Part shown: in pieces, positions 53,766 to 63,922 of the stretch
Layout: every line of letters begins with the position of its first letter
How positions within the stretch are numbered: the stretch's first letter is position 1
Assembly: GCA_046350755.1 (NCBI GenBank)
Contig: JAXLZV010000001.1
Location: 340,790 to 404,789 of the forward strand
Origin: Candidatus Saccharimonadota bacterium
GTDB taxonomy: Bacteria; Patescibacteriota; Saccharimonadia; CAILAD01; GCA-016700035
DNA length: 64,000 nucleotides
Direction: 5' to 3'
Made by a program: the position numbers and the translations under genes
The notes under the pieces: generated by a model
What the model was told of the DNA's origin: nothing
Seen by the model: only the letters and a program-made list of their open reading frames with translations
The model's database searches: none

Positions 53766-55008
53766 ATGCTCCATATCCTACCCCGAGAACCCCTAATCCG
53801 GCTAGTAACCAAGGCCACGGCACGGTCGAAGACCGATCATCAGCCACCCCATCGGTCGAACCCGAGCTATTACTAGCAGCGGCAGTTTTCGCCAGCTTTG
53901 GCGTTTTAGCGGCACTCGAACGCTTCGACGAGGCGGATTTCGCGTTGGCCTTCTTTGCCTTACTGGCTGCAGACGTGGAACCCCCCTGATCTGTAGCCAA
54001 GCCCGCATTCACCGAGCCTGGGGTTGGAGTCGTCAACCAACCCCAACCCGACGGCGTGACACCAAAGCTCTTACCGGACTGAGATTTACCATAATTTGGC
54101 GTCGTCATAACCACCGCCCCAGAAGGCGCAATCAGCGAAACAGTATCGCCATCGTTATTGAGTGACAACTTAGTCTGCGGAGCAAACAGGGCTAAATATC
54201 CACCAGCCGGAATCTGCTGACCATCAAGCTTGGTAACATGGCCGCCAGCATCGGTTAGTTGCCAGCCATTCAGTATCACAGCTTGAGTCTCTGCATTATA
54301 AAGCTCAACAAATTCATCCTGAGCATCAGTCTGAGGTTTGGCTGGGTCTGGAAAAAGCTCAGTAATCTCAAGGGCGGCCTCTTGATCTACCGCCTGACTT
54401 GCACCGCTAGACGTCGGCGTGGTGGCGGCGGTGGCTGAGGGAACTATCGGCTGATCAACGTTCAAGACGGTAAAATCCACTTGATTATCATTGCTGTCCT
54501 GGCATACCCGTGCGTCGTCATCGCAAATACGGCTCAAAGCCTCGCCAAATCTCGGGGCCGGAGCAGGACGACCCTCGGCCGCATCAGCACTCCCCCAGCC
54601 CACCCGATCGAGTACCGTTCCGTCGCCAGCAACCAAACGAAGATTTCCACCGGCCTGCGCCAGCCCATCTACTAACGCGTAATCATGGGCTCGCACCGAC
54701 GCAAACGTAAGATTTGCATAACCATCGAGTTGACGACTATCAGCTACGTCGGCCTTATGATACCAGCTCTTTCCCGTCGCCGATTTATACTCGAGACTCA
54801 GGCCCTATATATCGACTGCTCCACCTCCGGCGTTGGTCACAACCACATACTCATCGCTAGCATTGGTTGGCGAACCCGCATATATCTCACTAATGATGAG
54901 GCTAGACGAACGCAGGGATGGATTCACGGCTTCAGCGAAAGCTCGCAGTGGTAAAAGTGACAAAGTCAGGGTGAGGAGAATGGGTAACTTTTTCATGTTC
55001 GCCATCAT
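53698..55008 (-). pseudogene. lamin-tail-domain (LTD) secreted protein gene interrupted by in-frame TAG (54805-54807)
   Basis: Signal peptide plus ISEIYAGSPTNASDEYVVVTNAGGGAVDI, then TAG, then in the same frame ...GKSWYHKADVADSRQLDGYANLTF...LVDGLAQAGGNLRLVAGDGTVLDRVGWG, a second LTD (DEFVELYNAETQAVILNGWQLTD), and a C-terminal TM anchor. Confidence 0.5.
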
Positions 55009-55124
55009 ACCCAGGACAAAAACCGAAAGTAAAGCGTATGCATATTCATCAACCTAAATTTAGATTTTCGAAGCTCACAAACTACCCCTCTTGAATACTC
55101 CTTATGCTAAAATAGACTACGAAT

Positions 55125-57266
55125 ATGCGCATCTCTGTTGATACCCTCAAAAACATTCTGCTGGCCAGCAAAAAGGTGACGCCGGAAGTCTTAAGGCAGG
55201 CCGAGCAAACCGCAGCCCAGACCGGGCAATCGCTTGAGCAGATTGTCATCCATCGCCATCTGATTGGTGAGCGTGACCTGGTCGCATTGTATGCCAAGTC
55301 GATTAATCTCCCCTACGTTGACTTGACGAATGTTAAGATCCCCCGCGAAGTCCTGTCACATATCCCGGAACGGATCGCCAAGAAGTACCAGGCTGTCATC
55401 TTTGGCGTCGACAAAACTAAGAATATTTGGCAGCTGGCTATGTCTGACCCCGAAGATGTTCAGACCGTCGACGTCATCGAGAAGCAGCTTGGCGGCAGCA
55501 TCCAGGTGTATGTCGCCACTGCCGGTGATATCGCCAGCGTGCTTGATCAGTACCGCACCGGCCTTGATTCGGAAATCAGTCAAGCAATCCAAGCCAGTTC
55601 GACCGACTCATCAAAGAGTGATGCTAGCGATACGGTCAGCGCTGAAGATATTTCCGAAGACGCGCCAATCGCTAAAACTGTGAACATTATTCTCGAATAC
55701 GCCGTCAAAAGTCGGGCTTCTGACGTCCATATCGAACCGCGCGAGGGTATCGTCCAGATTCGCTATCGCATCGATGGCATCCTGCGCGAATCGATGACGT
55801 TGCCACGTCAGATTCTGCCGGCTGTCGTGAGTCGCATTAAAATTCTCGCCAACCTCAAGATCGACGAACACCGTGTTCCCCAGGACGGTCGCTTTAAGGC
55901 GACGATTGGCTCGAAGACGGCCGCTATACGTGTTGCCACCCTGCCGGTTATGGATGGCGAGAAGGTCGTCATGCGTATCCTCGACGAATCTACCAAGGCT
56001 GCAACCCTTGAAGAACTCGGCTTCTCAGGGCAAGCTCTAGAATCAATCAAAGCCGGCATGAAGCAACCAAATGGCATGATCCTGGTGACTGGACCAACTG
56101 GAGCCGGTAAATCAACCACCCTGTACAGCGTACTTACCCTCATGAACACCCCAAGCGTGAATATTAGTACGATTGAAGATCCGGTCGAATACCGCATCCA
56201 AGGCGTCAATCAAACGCAAGTGAATGCTCAAGCCGGTATGACTTTTGCGAATGGTTTGCGCGCCCTCTTGCGTCAAGATCCGAATATCATCATGGTCGGG
56301 GAAATCCGCGACTCAGAGACAGCAAATCTCGCCGTCCAAGCCGCCCTGACTGGCCATACCGTACTCTCAACTCTCCATACGAGCAATGCTGCCACCACGC
56401 TACCCCGTTTGCTCGAAATGAATATTGAACCCTTCCTGATTGCTACCACCGTCAACACCGTCATTGCTCAACGCCTAGTTCGTCGGCTCTGCCCGCAGTG
56501 CAAGCAAGCCTACACCCCAAGCGGAACATTGCTTGAGGAGATTAAAAAGACCTTTAATATCGAGCGCACCCTAAGCCATCTCAATGGCCAAACCGCCGAG
56601 CCTACAAAACACCTGCCAACTCCCACCGCTTCATCGGATAAGCCCGCTCAACCGATTATCGCGACGGGTAATTCACGGCTCGCCCAACCAGTTGCGCAGC
56701 TGGCCCCAACGGCCGATCTAAAAACTAAACAGGGGGAATCGCGCAAAGTGATTCAGCCTCCAGCCGATCTAGATCTCGAGCGCAAGAGCATACTTGATCG
56801 CATCGCCCAGGACCCCAATATTATCGATCGACCATCTGGTACAGCCGATAACACCAGCATCGGTTTACCGCCCGACCCACAACTGCCAAAACCTGTTACC
56901 AAAGATGGTAGTGATGGAAAAATTCAGGAGATCCCAGCGACTGAGCCAGCCGCACTCCACCCAACCCCGATTGATGAAAAACCACCGGCTGAAGCTGCGA
57001 ATAGTAATGCTGAAAATCTCGTCCTCTATCACGCTATCGGCTGCAAGGCCTGCGACAAATCTGGTTTTAGTGGCCGTATGGGCATCTACGAAGTACTAGA
57101 TATCTCGTCGGCGATTGCCAAACTTATCACCGCCAAAGCCACTGCCGATGATATCCAAAAAGCCGGCATGGATAACGGCATGATAACTATGCAGGAAGAC
57201 GGTTTTCTAAAAACCCTCAAAGGCGAAACGACCATCGAGGAAGTCCTTCGGGTAACTCGCGAGTAA
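55125..57266 (+). CDS. pilB: type IV pilus assembly ATPase PilB with ~170-aa low-complexity insertion
   Basis: N-terminal GspE-N domain; GPTGAGKSTT Walker A. Tetracysteine motif CPQC...CKAC split by a Pro/Ala/Thr-rich insert. Confidence 0.9.
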   Translation: MRISVDTLKNILLASKKVTPEVLRQAEQTAAQTGQSLEQIVIHRHLIGERDLVALYAKSINLPYVDLTNVKIPREVLSHIPERIAKKYQAVIFGVDKTKNIWQLAMSDPEDVQTVDVIEKQLGGSIQVYVATAGDIASVLDQYRTGLDSEISQAIQASSTDSSKSDASDTVSAEDISEDAPIAKTVNIILEYAVKSRASDVHIEPREGIVQIRYRIDGILRESMTLPRQILPAVVSRIKILANLKIDEHRVPQDGRFKATIGSKTAAIRVATLPVMDGEKVVMRILDESTKAATLEELGFSGQALESIKAGMKQPNGMILVTGPTGAGKSTTLYSVLTLMNTPSVNISTIEDPVEYRIQGVNQTQVNAQAGMTFANGLRALLRQDPNIIMVGEIRDSETANLAVQAALTGHTVLSTLHTSNAATTLPRLLEMNIEPFLIATTVNTVIAQRLVRRLCPQCKQAYTPSGTLLEEIKKTFNIERTLSHLNGQTAEPTKHLPTPTASSDKPAQPIIATGNSRLAQPVAQLAPTADLKTKQGESRKVIQPPADLDLERKSILDRIAQDPNIIDRPSGTADNTSIGLPPDPQLPKPVTKDGSDGKIQEIPATEPAALHPTPIDEKPPAEAANSNAENLVLYHAIGCKACDKSGFSGRMGIYEVLDISSAIAKLITAKATADDIQKAGMDNGMITMQEDGFLKTLKGETTIEEVLRVTRE

Positions 57267-57293
57267 ACTGAATTTTAGGCAAACCAAACAAAC

Positions 57294-58511
57294 ATGGAAA
57301 CTTACCACTACCAAGCCCGAGACCATACCGGCCGCATCGTCTCCGGAGACCAACCGGCCCTCAATAAAAAAGACGTTGTCGACGCCTTATTTTCTCGTGA
57401 TCTAACGCCGGTTACAATTGAGTCAAATACGGCTGGTAAGCCAATCAAGAAAATTCTTGGCTTTCTGCCGGCCGGACGAGTCCCGCTCAAAGAACGAGTT
57501 ATCTTCTCGCGCCAATTCTCGACCATGATTAGCGCCGGTATACCAATCGTCCGCTCACTTAATGTCCTCAAAGATCAGACCGAGAATAAAACCCTAGGCG
57601 CTGCCCTCCAGCAGGTTGCCAAAGATGTCGAGTCAGGCTCAACACTGTCGGACTCTTTAGTAAAATACCCAAAAATCTTTAGCCCAGTGTATGTTTCCAT
57701 GGTGCATGCCGGAGAGATTGGCGGCATTCTTGACGAAGTCCTCAATCGACTGGCTGATCAACTAGAAAAAGACTCTGAGCTGGTCAGTAAAGTCCGCGGT
57801 GCGATGGTCTATCCCTCAATGATCTTTGTAGTAATGATAGCGGCACTAATTTTTATTATGACGGTTGTGGTGCCACAGCTAAAAGTAGTATTTGACTCAA
57901 TTGATACAAAACTCCCCTGGAACACCCAGCTTCTCTTGGATCTATCCGATATTATGCAGAGTAAAGGCCTACTGATCGCTGGCGTGACCGTTGTCGTCGT
58001 AGTGTTTGGTATGCGCTTTGCCAAGCGCAACGATAAGGCTCGTCACGTCATTCACCGCATGCTCCTGCGGATCCCAGTTTTCGGTAGCGTCACCAAGAAG
58101 ATTAACATCGCTCGCTTTTCGCGTACGCTCGGGGCTCTACTGGGTTCAGGTATTCCCGTCCTCGAAGCACTCAAGGTCGTCGCCAATTCACTCACCAACG
58201 TCATTATGCAGGACGAGATAAAAGCATCGATCACAGATGTGAGAAACGGCGCTAGTCTCGCCAAGACCTTCCGAACGAGTAAGGTCTTTCCGCCGATTGT
58301 CCCTGAGATGATCGCGATCGGCGAGGAAACTGGTGAACTCGATAAGATTCTTTTGAAGTTGGCTGATTTCTATGATAAAGAAGTGCAGAGTTTAGTAGAA
58401 AATCTGTCGTCAATTATTGAACCTCTCATGCTGATCTTCATGGGTACAATCGTTGGCTTCATCATCGTAAGCGTGATTGGCCCGCTGTATGCACTATCCA
58501 GCGGATTCTAA
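57294..58511 (+). CDS. pilC: type IV pilus platform protein PilC (GspF family)
   Basis: Two T2SSF repeats and 3 TM regions. 405 aa. Confidence 0.9.
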   Translation: METYHYQARDHTGRIVSGDQPALNKKDVVDALFSRDLTPVTIESNTAGKPIKKILGFLPAGRVPLKERVIFSRQFSTMISAGIPIVRSLNVLKDQTENKTLGAALQQVAKDVESGSTLSDSLVKYPKIFSPVYVSMVHAGEIGGILDEVLNRLADQLEKDSELVSKVRGAMVYPSMIFVVMIAALIFIMTVVVPQLKVVFDSIDTKLPWNTQLLLDLSDIMQSKGLLIAGVTVVVVVFGMRFAKRNDKARHVIHRMLLRIPVFGSVTKKINIARFSRTLGALLGSGIPVLEALKVVANSLTNVIMQDEIKASITDVRNGASLAKTFRTSKVFPPIVPEMIAIGEETGELDKILLKLADFYDKEVQSLVENLSSIIEPLMLIFMGTIVGFIIVSVIGPLYALSSGF

Positions 58512-58598
58512 TAAATTCGTTGACGTTAGAAAGCATAAGCGTCTATAATCGACCATGTATTAATAACACATAGTAAATTGGAGGATAATCCTTAAGTT

Positions 58599-59009
58599 AT
58601 GATTCAAGCACTTCGCAAGCAGAAGGGTTTTACCCTACTAGAACTGCTCATCGTCATCGTGATCATTGGTATTTTGATCGCGCTGGTGCTGCCAAACCTT
58701 ATCAATGGCCCTATCCGGGCGCGTGATGTACGTCGCAAAGAAGACCTTAACTCGATCTCGAGTGGTCTTGAGCAGTACTACAACGACAACCAGTCATACC
58801 CATCAGCGCTCACCGCTCTGACCGCGGGCGACTATCTCAAGACGATCCCACAAGATCCAAAGACCAAATCTGACTACACTTACAACCCGCTACCAGCCGG
58901 TGGCCCAGTGTATACCAGCTTTGAGCTCCAAGCTACGCTTGAGAATAAGAACGATAAAGAAATCAAGAGCGGTACAACCGACACCTACGAAGTTAAGAAC
59001 AAGCAGTAA
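58599..59009 (+). CDS. type IV pilin (prepilin N-terminal methylation motif)
   Basis: KGFTLLELLIVIVIIGILIAL class III signal. GGAGG RBS upstream. Confidence 0.8.
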   Translation: MIQALRKQKGFTLLELLIVIVIIGILIALVLPNLINGPIRARDVRRKEDLNSISSGLEQYYNDNQSYPSALTALTAGDYLKTIPQDPKTKSDYTYNPLPAGGPVYTSFELQATLENKNDKEIKSGTTDTYEVKNKQ

Positions 59010-59120
59010 ACCAAACTACGTTTCGCAAAGAGCCATCATTTCAGATGGCTCTTTGCTTTTGTAGAGTGCTTAAGCTTGATACAATAAGAAGGCAATCGTA
59101 AGCATGTTTATCACCACTTT

Positions 59121-60197
59121 ATGAACTTTCCTGTCATCTATAAAAAGCAGGCCTTATTTGGTCTTGATATCGGTCAACATACTGCCAAGTTCTTGCAGCT
59201 CAAACAAGCTGGGAAGAAATATGGCCTGGTTGGGCTTGGCTCGGTAACACTTGAAGATTCGATGGTTATTGAAGGAGTCATTGCTGAGCCAGAGCAACTT
59301 GCCAAAAAAATCACCGAAGCCCTTAAGCAGCCCGAACTAGGAAAGATTAACGCCCACAGTGTGGCAGCTGGCTTGCCTCAAGCCTATCTGTTCTCACGTA
59401 TCATCAACCTCCCCGCTATGCCGACAGACAAACTCGCCGAGGCAGTGCAATGGGAGGCCCAGCAGTACATACCGATGCCGATGACGGACATCTATCTAGA
59501 CTTTGAAATAGTTACTACCTTAAAAAATGACCGGGGGGAGATTCGCGAGTACGAAATACTGCTCGTCGCCGCCCCTCGGGCGATCATTGATAGCTATATG
59601 AAATTATTCGAGTTTATGCAATTAACGCCCCACAGTCTCGAAACCACACTCGCCGCCAATATCCGAGCCCTACATCCAAATGGTAGCGAAGATGCGGCTG
59701 TTGTCGTTATCGACTCTGGCTCGACCGCTACCGACATGGCAATTGTTACAAACGTCGTTCGCGTCACGACTACCATAGCTTTCGGGGGTGACGCCCTGAC
59801 CTATGATCTTACTCAACATCTCAAGATCGCTGAAGCCCACGCTATTGAAATCAAAAGTAAGTTTGGTATCGCGCCGTCCGGCTTACAAACAAAGATCATG
59901 GCGGCCGTACACCCACGTCTCAACACCCTCATCTCAGAAGTCCAAAAGCTCATCAAGTACTACCATGAGCGCGGTCAAACCGAAAAGACACAAAATATTC
60001 AGCGCATCCTACTCACCGGTGGAGTTTCACGCATGCCGGGCTTTGCAGAATACCTGTCAGCGCAAACAAAGCTACCGGTTGATATCTCGAGCCCCTGGGA
60101 TCATCAACCAGTGGCCAAATCTCAGCCGCTACCCCACACCACCGCCACTACCTACACAACGGCCTTTGGGCTAGCCCTGCGGGAGTTCGTCGAATGA
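59121..60197 (+). CDS. pilM: type IV pilus assembly protein PilM
   Basis: Actin-like ATPase fold: LFGLDIGQHTAKF...VIDSGSTATD. Confidence 0.85.
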   Translation: MNFPVIYKKQALFGLDIGQHTAKFLQLKQAGKKYGLVGLGSVTLEDSMVIEGVIAEPEQLAKKITEALKQPELGKINAHSVAAGLPQAYLFSRIINLPAMPTDKLAEAVQWEAQQYIPMPMTDIYLDFEIVTTLKNDRGEIREYEILLVAAPRAIIDSYMKLFEFMQLTPHSLETTLAANIRALHPNGSEDAAVVVIDSGSTATDMAIVTNVVRVTTTIAFGGDALTYDLTQHLKIAEAHAIEIKSKFGIAPSGLQTKIMAAVHPRLNTLISEVQKLIKYYHERGQTEKTQNIQRILLTGGVSRMPGFAEYLSAQTKLPVDISSPWDHQPVAKSQPLPHTTATTYTTAFGLALREFVE

Positions 60198-60748
60198 TTA
60201 ATCTACTGCCCCCATCTATCAAAGAGCAGCGTCGGTACGCCCAAATTAACCGTAAGCTCGTTAAGATTATCTGGCTCGTTGTTATCCTGATTGCAGCGAT
60301 CGGGGCGGTATTCGCATATAGCTGGTACGCGTTGGGTCAAAATATTGAGCGATTGGATGACAAGCTCGCCCAAGATACCAGCAGAAGTAAGAAATATGGA
60401 GCGATTGAGATCAATGCAAAAGCTTTAGCTGAGCGACTCAACACGATTGAGAAAATTCAAGCTGAGCGCAGCAATTATATCGCTCTCTTGCAAGAGCTAG
60501 CCGCCGTCACCCCAACTGATGTCTATGTAAATACTTTCGCCCTGGATACCACTGCCGGCACGATGAATCTCACGGCTTTTGCTCAGTCCGAGCAAGCCGC
60601 GGCCAACTTTAAAAATGCCATCGAAAGTTCGGCTCGTTTTCGATCGGCTGCCATCCAAGCTCTGACACCGGATAAAGATCCCTATAGCGGCCAATCTACC
60701 TATCGTCTAACCCTGACCGTCGGCCTGAAAGATGGAGCGCTCAAATGA
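60194..60748 (+). CDS. pilN: PilN-like protein
   Basis: MINLLPP N-terminus, single TM, coiled-coil. 4-nt overlap with pilM. Confidence 0.7.
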   Translation: MINLLPPSIKEQRRYAQINRKLVKIIWLVVILIAAIGAVFAYSWYALGQNIERLDDKLAQDTSRSKKYGAIEINAKALAERLNTIEKIQAERSNYIALLQELAAVTPTDVYVNTFALDTTAGTMNLTAFAQSEQAAANFKNAIESSARFRSAAIQALTPDKDPYSGQSTYRLTLTVGLKDGALK

Positions 60749-61302
60749 AAGCCAAAACTTTTTTCCTATTCCTGTGCGCCTTGCTGGTTATCTTGATTGT
60801 TGGTGGCGGTGCTGCATATTATTGGGGACATCAACAGCTGACTGCCCAGAAGGAAAAGGTCAACAAAAAACAACTTGACTTAAGCGATAGTCAGAAACGC
60901 ACCAGCCAGCTAATTGAGCTGTCCCGCAAATATGAAGAGGCCAATGCCCGGATTGACGATATCGATCGGGCTTTGCCGCGCGACTCTAAGCAGGCCGAGA
61001 TGCTATTGGAGATCCGTGATGCCGCAGCGGCTAGCGGTGTGCGCGTCGCCAGTCTGCAATTTACTGGCGCTGCCACCCCAAAAAATCCGAATACCAATCA
61101 AGCCCTCATCCAGAAAGACCTGTACGTCTTGCCAATCAGTTTGCGCCTCGGCGGTAGCTATCCACAGCTCATCACCTTCCTCGAGAAACTGAACAAACTG
61201 GGCCGCCTGAATTCGGTTACCAACCTCACCACCAGCAAGACTATCACGAGCCCCGATCAGCTCGACATCACCATGAATCTCGTAGCATACTTAAAGCCAT
61301 AA
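60745..61302 (+). CDS. pilO: PilO-like protein
   Basis: Single TM plus coiled-coil and a C-terminal alpha/beta domain. Operon position after pilN. Confidence 0.65.
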   Translation: MKAKTFFLFLCALLVILIVGGGAAYYWGHQQLTAQKEKVNKKQLDLSDSQKRTSQLIELSRKYEEANARIDDIDRALPRDSKQAEMLLEIRDAAAASGVRVASLQFTGAATPKNPNTNQALIQKDLYVLPISLRLGGSYPQLITFLEKLNKLGRLNSVTNLTTSKTITSPDQLDITMNLVAYLKP

Positions 61303-61312
61303 GCAATCTACC

Positions 61313-61630
61313 ATGAAAAAGCTCAACCTCAACATGAAACTCTCTGGCGACATCGGCTCAATGCTCAAGCCTATACTCAAGTATGCTGGAGTGATTGCGG
61401 TACTCGTGGTCGGCGGCCTGATCGCCTACACGGCCTTTTTTGTCACCAATCTCTTTTACTCTAATGGCGACTTGTCAAAGCTGGAAGAGAAACAGTCCGA
61501 GAGTAGTCAACAAAAGCAAATCCGATTTAATCAAAAAACTTTAGATTCACTGAAGACACTCACTCCAGCCGACTCACAGCCAAATACTGCCGACGTCGGC
61601 AAACAAAATCCGTTCTCACCAAATAACTAA
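61313..61630 (+). CDS. small membrane protein in pilMNO operon
   Basis: 105 aa, single TM, Ser/Gln-rich tail. Confidence 0.4.
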   Translation: MKKLNLNMKLSGDIGSMLKPILKYAGVIAVLVVGGLIAYTAFFVTNLFYSNGDLSKLEEKQSESSQQKQIRFNQKTLDSLKTLTPADSQPNTADVGKQNPFSPNN

Positions 61631-62289
61631 CGAGCAAATGGCGGTCGGCCAGGACCACGCCGACGAGTATTATCACGATCAATATCGGGCTCGGCTACCG
61701 GCGTCGTGATTAAGCCATCACCTTCGATTGGCTTGGTTTCAGCAAATTTTTCATAAATACCAACCAAATAGGCCTTTACTTCATAGGGGTCAGGCACATA
61801 ATCAAAGTGAAAAAGTTCTTTCTCGCCGGCTGTCTGTACGGTCACGGTCCCATAATGGAATATCGTCTGCATTGGCCCTTTCACCTTAACCGATATATCC
61901 TGCACGCGACTCAACCGCAACGTTGCGATTGTCCGCTGAAATAAGCCTATCTGATCCATGTCGACGATATTCTCGTCAGTAATAAACAGCTTGTTATTGC
62001 GCCATACCGATAATGAAGCTAGGCCAATGAAGGCAGCGATAAACACTAAGAGGAAACCGATTGGTGCCAGCGGCACGTAGAGTGCCTTGGTTTCAAGCCC
62101 GGCGATCGGCTGCGAGGGCAATGTCCAAGCACCGGCCGCACCAGCATAAACGCAAATCAAACCAACCAGAAACACTACCACCGCCACCGCGAGGTATGGT
62201 AACACCGCTAAGAAGTGTTTATGAATAACCCGCTGCACAACTTCATCTTCATCCTGCCCGGGGTAGCGCTCAATTACTGTATCGCTCAT
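61627..62289 (-). CDS. bacterial PH-domain (YdbT-like) membrane protein
   Basis: Two TM helices, then a bPH_2-like domain (…FITDENIVDMDQIGLFQRTIATLRLSRVQDI…). Confidence 0.6.
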   Translation of the reverse strand: MSDTVIERYPGQDEDEVVQRVIHKHFLAVLPYLAVAVVVFLVGLICVYAGAAGAWTLPSQPIAGLETKALYVPLAPIGFLLVFIAAFIGLASLSVWRNNKLFITDENIVDMDQIGLFQRTIATLRLSRVQDISVKVKGPMQTIFHYGTVTVQTAGEKELFHFDYVPDPYEVKAYLVGIYEKFAETKPIEGDGLITTPVAEPDIDRDNTRRRGPGRPPFAR

Positions 62290-62303
62290 AGCTGTATTCT
62301 ACG

Positions 62304-63368
62304 TTATTTCTCGAGGTCAAGCGAGGTCTGCGAGCTGTCACTGGTGGCAGGTGGCTCAACTCCGAGGTGTAAGTAAGCCTTGCGACTGACCGCTCGACCG
62401 CGTGGGGTACGTCGCAAGAGTCCGATTTGAATGAGATACGGCTCGATGACATCCTCGATGGTTTGACGCTCCTCTGAGAGGGCAGCCGCTAAGGCTTCTA
62501 CACCTGCCGGACCACCGCCATAGTGCTCGATCAACGTCATGAGTACTCGTCGATCACCGCTATCAAGTCCTAGCTCATCGACTTCTAGTAGCGCAAAGGC
62601 GGCGGTTAAGACATCAGCATCGACCTTAGCTTCATTATGAACTTCTGCGTAGTCACGAATACGCTTAATTAATCGATTGGCGATGCGCGGCGTGAGACGT
62701 GAGCGAGCCGCTAGCTGCGTCAATGCATCGTCACCGATTTGAATCTGCATAATTCGCGCCGTTCGCCCGAGAATCTGAGCAATTTCCGCTGGCGTATAAA
62801 ACTCCAGCCGCTGCACGAGACCAAAGCGGTCCCGCAGCGGGCCGGAAAGCGCGCCGTAACGGGTAGTCGCGCCAATGATCGTGATCGGTGCCAGCTCTAA
62901 GCGCAGCGACTGAGCGGCCGGCCCCTTACCAAGCATGATATCAATCGCATAATCTTCCATGGCTGGGTACAGAATCTCCTCGACCGTCCGACTCAAACGA
63001 TGAATCTCGTCTATAAACAGCACATCACCAGCGTTGAGATTCGTCAGCAAGCTGGCCAAATCGCCGGCTCGCTCAATGGCTGGGCCAGACGTGATCTTGA
63101 GTTGACTCCCCAACTCACTGGCAACGATGTGCGCTAACGTGGTTTTACCGAGTCCAGGCGGACCATACAGCAAGACATGATCAAGCGCATCACCACGCTT
63201 TGTAGCAGCCGCGATAGCTAACCGCAAACTATCAATCGTCTGCCGCTGACCAACATACTCGTCAAAATTCTGTGGTCGCAACTTTTCTTCATAGGCGGTT
63301 TCGTCAGGCTGCACGATGGGGTCTGTAACGTCTTCGGCGGGGATAAAATCGTCCTGTCGTTCAATCAT
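62304..63368 (-). CDS. ruvB: Holliday junction helicase RuvB
   Basis: LLYGPPGLGKTTLA Walker A, DEIHRL, sensor motifs. Confidence 0.9.
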   Translation of the reverse strand: MIERQDDFIPAEDVTDPIVQPDETAYEEKLRPQNFDEYVGQRQTIDSLRLAIAAATKRGDALDHVLLYGPPGLGKTTLAHIVASELGSQLKITSGPAIERAGDLASLLTNLNAGDVLFIDEIHRLSRTVEEILYPAMEDYAIDIMLGKGPAAQSLRLELAPITIIGATTRYGALSGPLRDRFGLVQRLEFYTPAEIAQILGRTARIMQIQIGDDALTQLAARSRLTPRIANRLIKRIRDYAEVHNEAKVDADVLTAAFALLEVDELGLDSGDRRVLMTLIEHYGGGPAGVEALAAALSEERQTIEDVIEPYLIQIGLLRRTPRGRAVSRKAYLHLGVEPPATSDSSQTSLDLEK

Positions 63369-63922
63369 CGCCCGAGCTCCTTCAGAGCCGCTCGCACCCG
63401 TTCACCGGTGTCCGCTGAGCCGTCACCGGCTTCCAGCGCCCTCACTGCTTGCTCATGACGATAACCAAGCTGCACCAAGGCTTGAATAGCTGGATCCTCA
63501 CGAGCTACCGAACTGCCACTGGTTGCCACGAGTTTACCCTTCAGCTCAAGAATAATCCGCTGAGCCGTTTTCTTACCGACTCCACTGACCTGCGTGAGTC
63601 GCGTCACATCCTCGTCATCAATGAGGCTAGACAGGGTCGCAACATCATAGACTGACAGAATCCCGTGGGCCATCTTCGCCCCCACACCGTTCACGGTCAC
63701 AAGCTTGAGGTACAATCCCCGCTCAGCCACCGTTAAAAAACCATATAGCTCGTAGGCATCATCACGAATATTTTCGGCCACATACACCAGTAATTCCTGA
63801 CCCTCAATTAGACTCGCTGCATCACGAGCTGGTACTGCTAATTCGTAACCCACCCCGTGCACATCAAGAATCACCCGATCGAGCTCGCGCGTCGAAACTA
63901 TCCCCTTGAGCAGCGCTATCAT
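63365..63922 (-). CDS. ruvA: Holliday junction DNA-binding protein RuvA
   Basis: MIALLKGIV...VGYEL...helix-hairpin-helix GVGKKTAQRI. Confidence 0.9.
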   Translation of the reverse strand: MIALLKGIVSTRELDRVILDVHGVGYELAVPARDAASLIEGQELLVYVAENIRDDAYELYGFLTVAERGLYLKLVTVNGVGAKMAHGILSVYDVATLSSLIDDEDVTRLTQVSGVGKKTAQRIILELKGKLVATSGSSVAREDPAIQALVQLGYRHEQAVRALEAGDGSADTGERVRAALKELGR

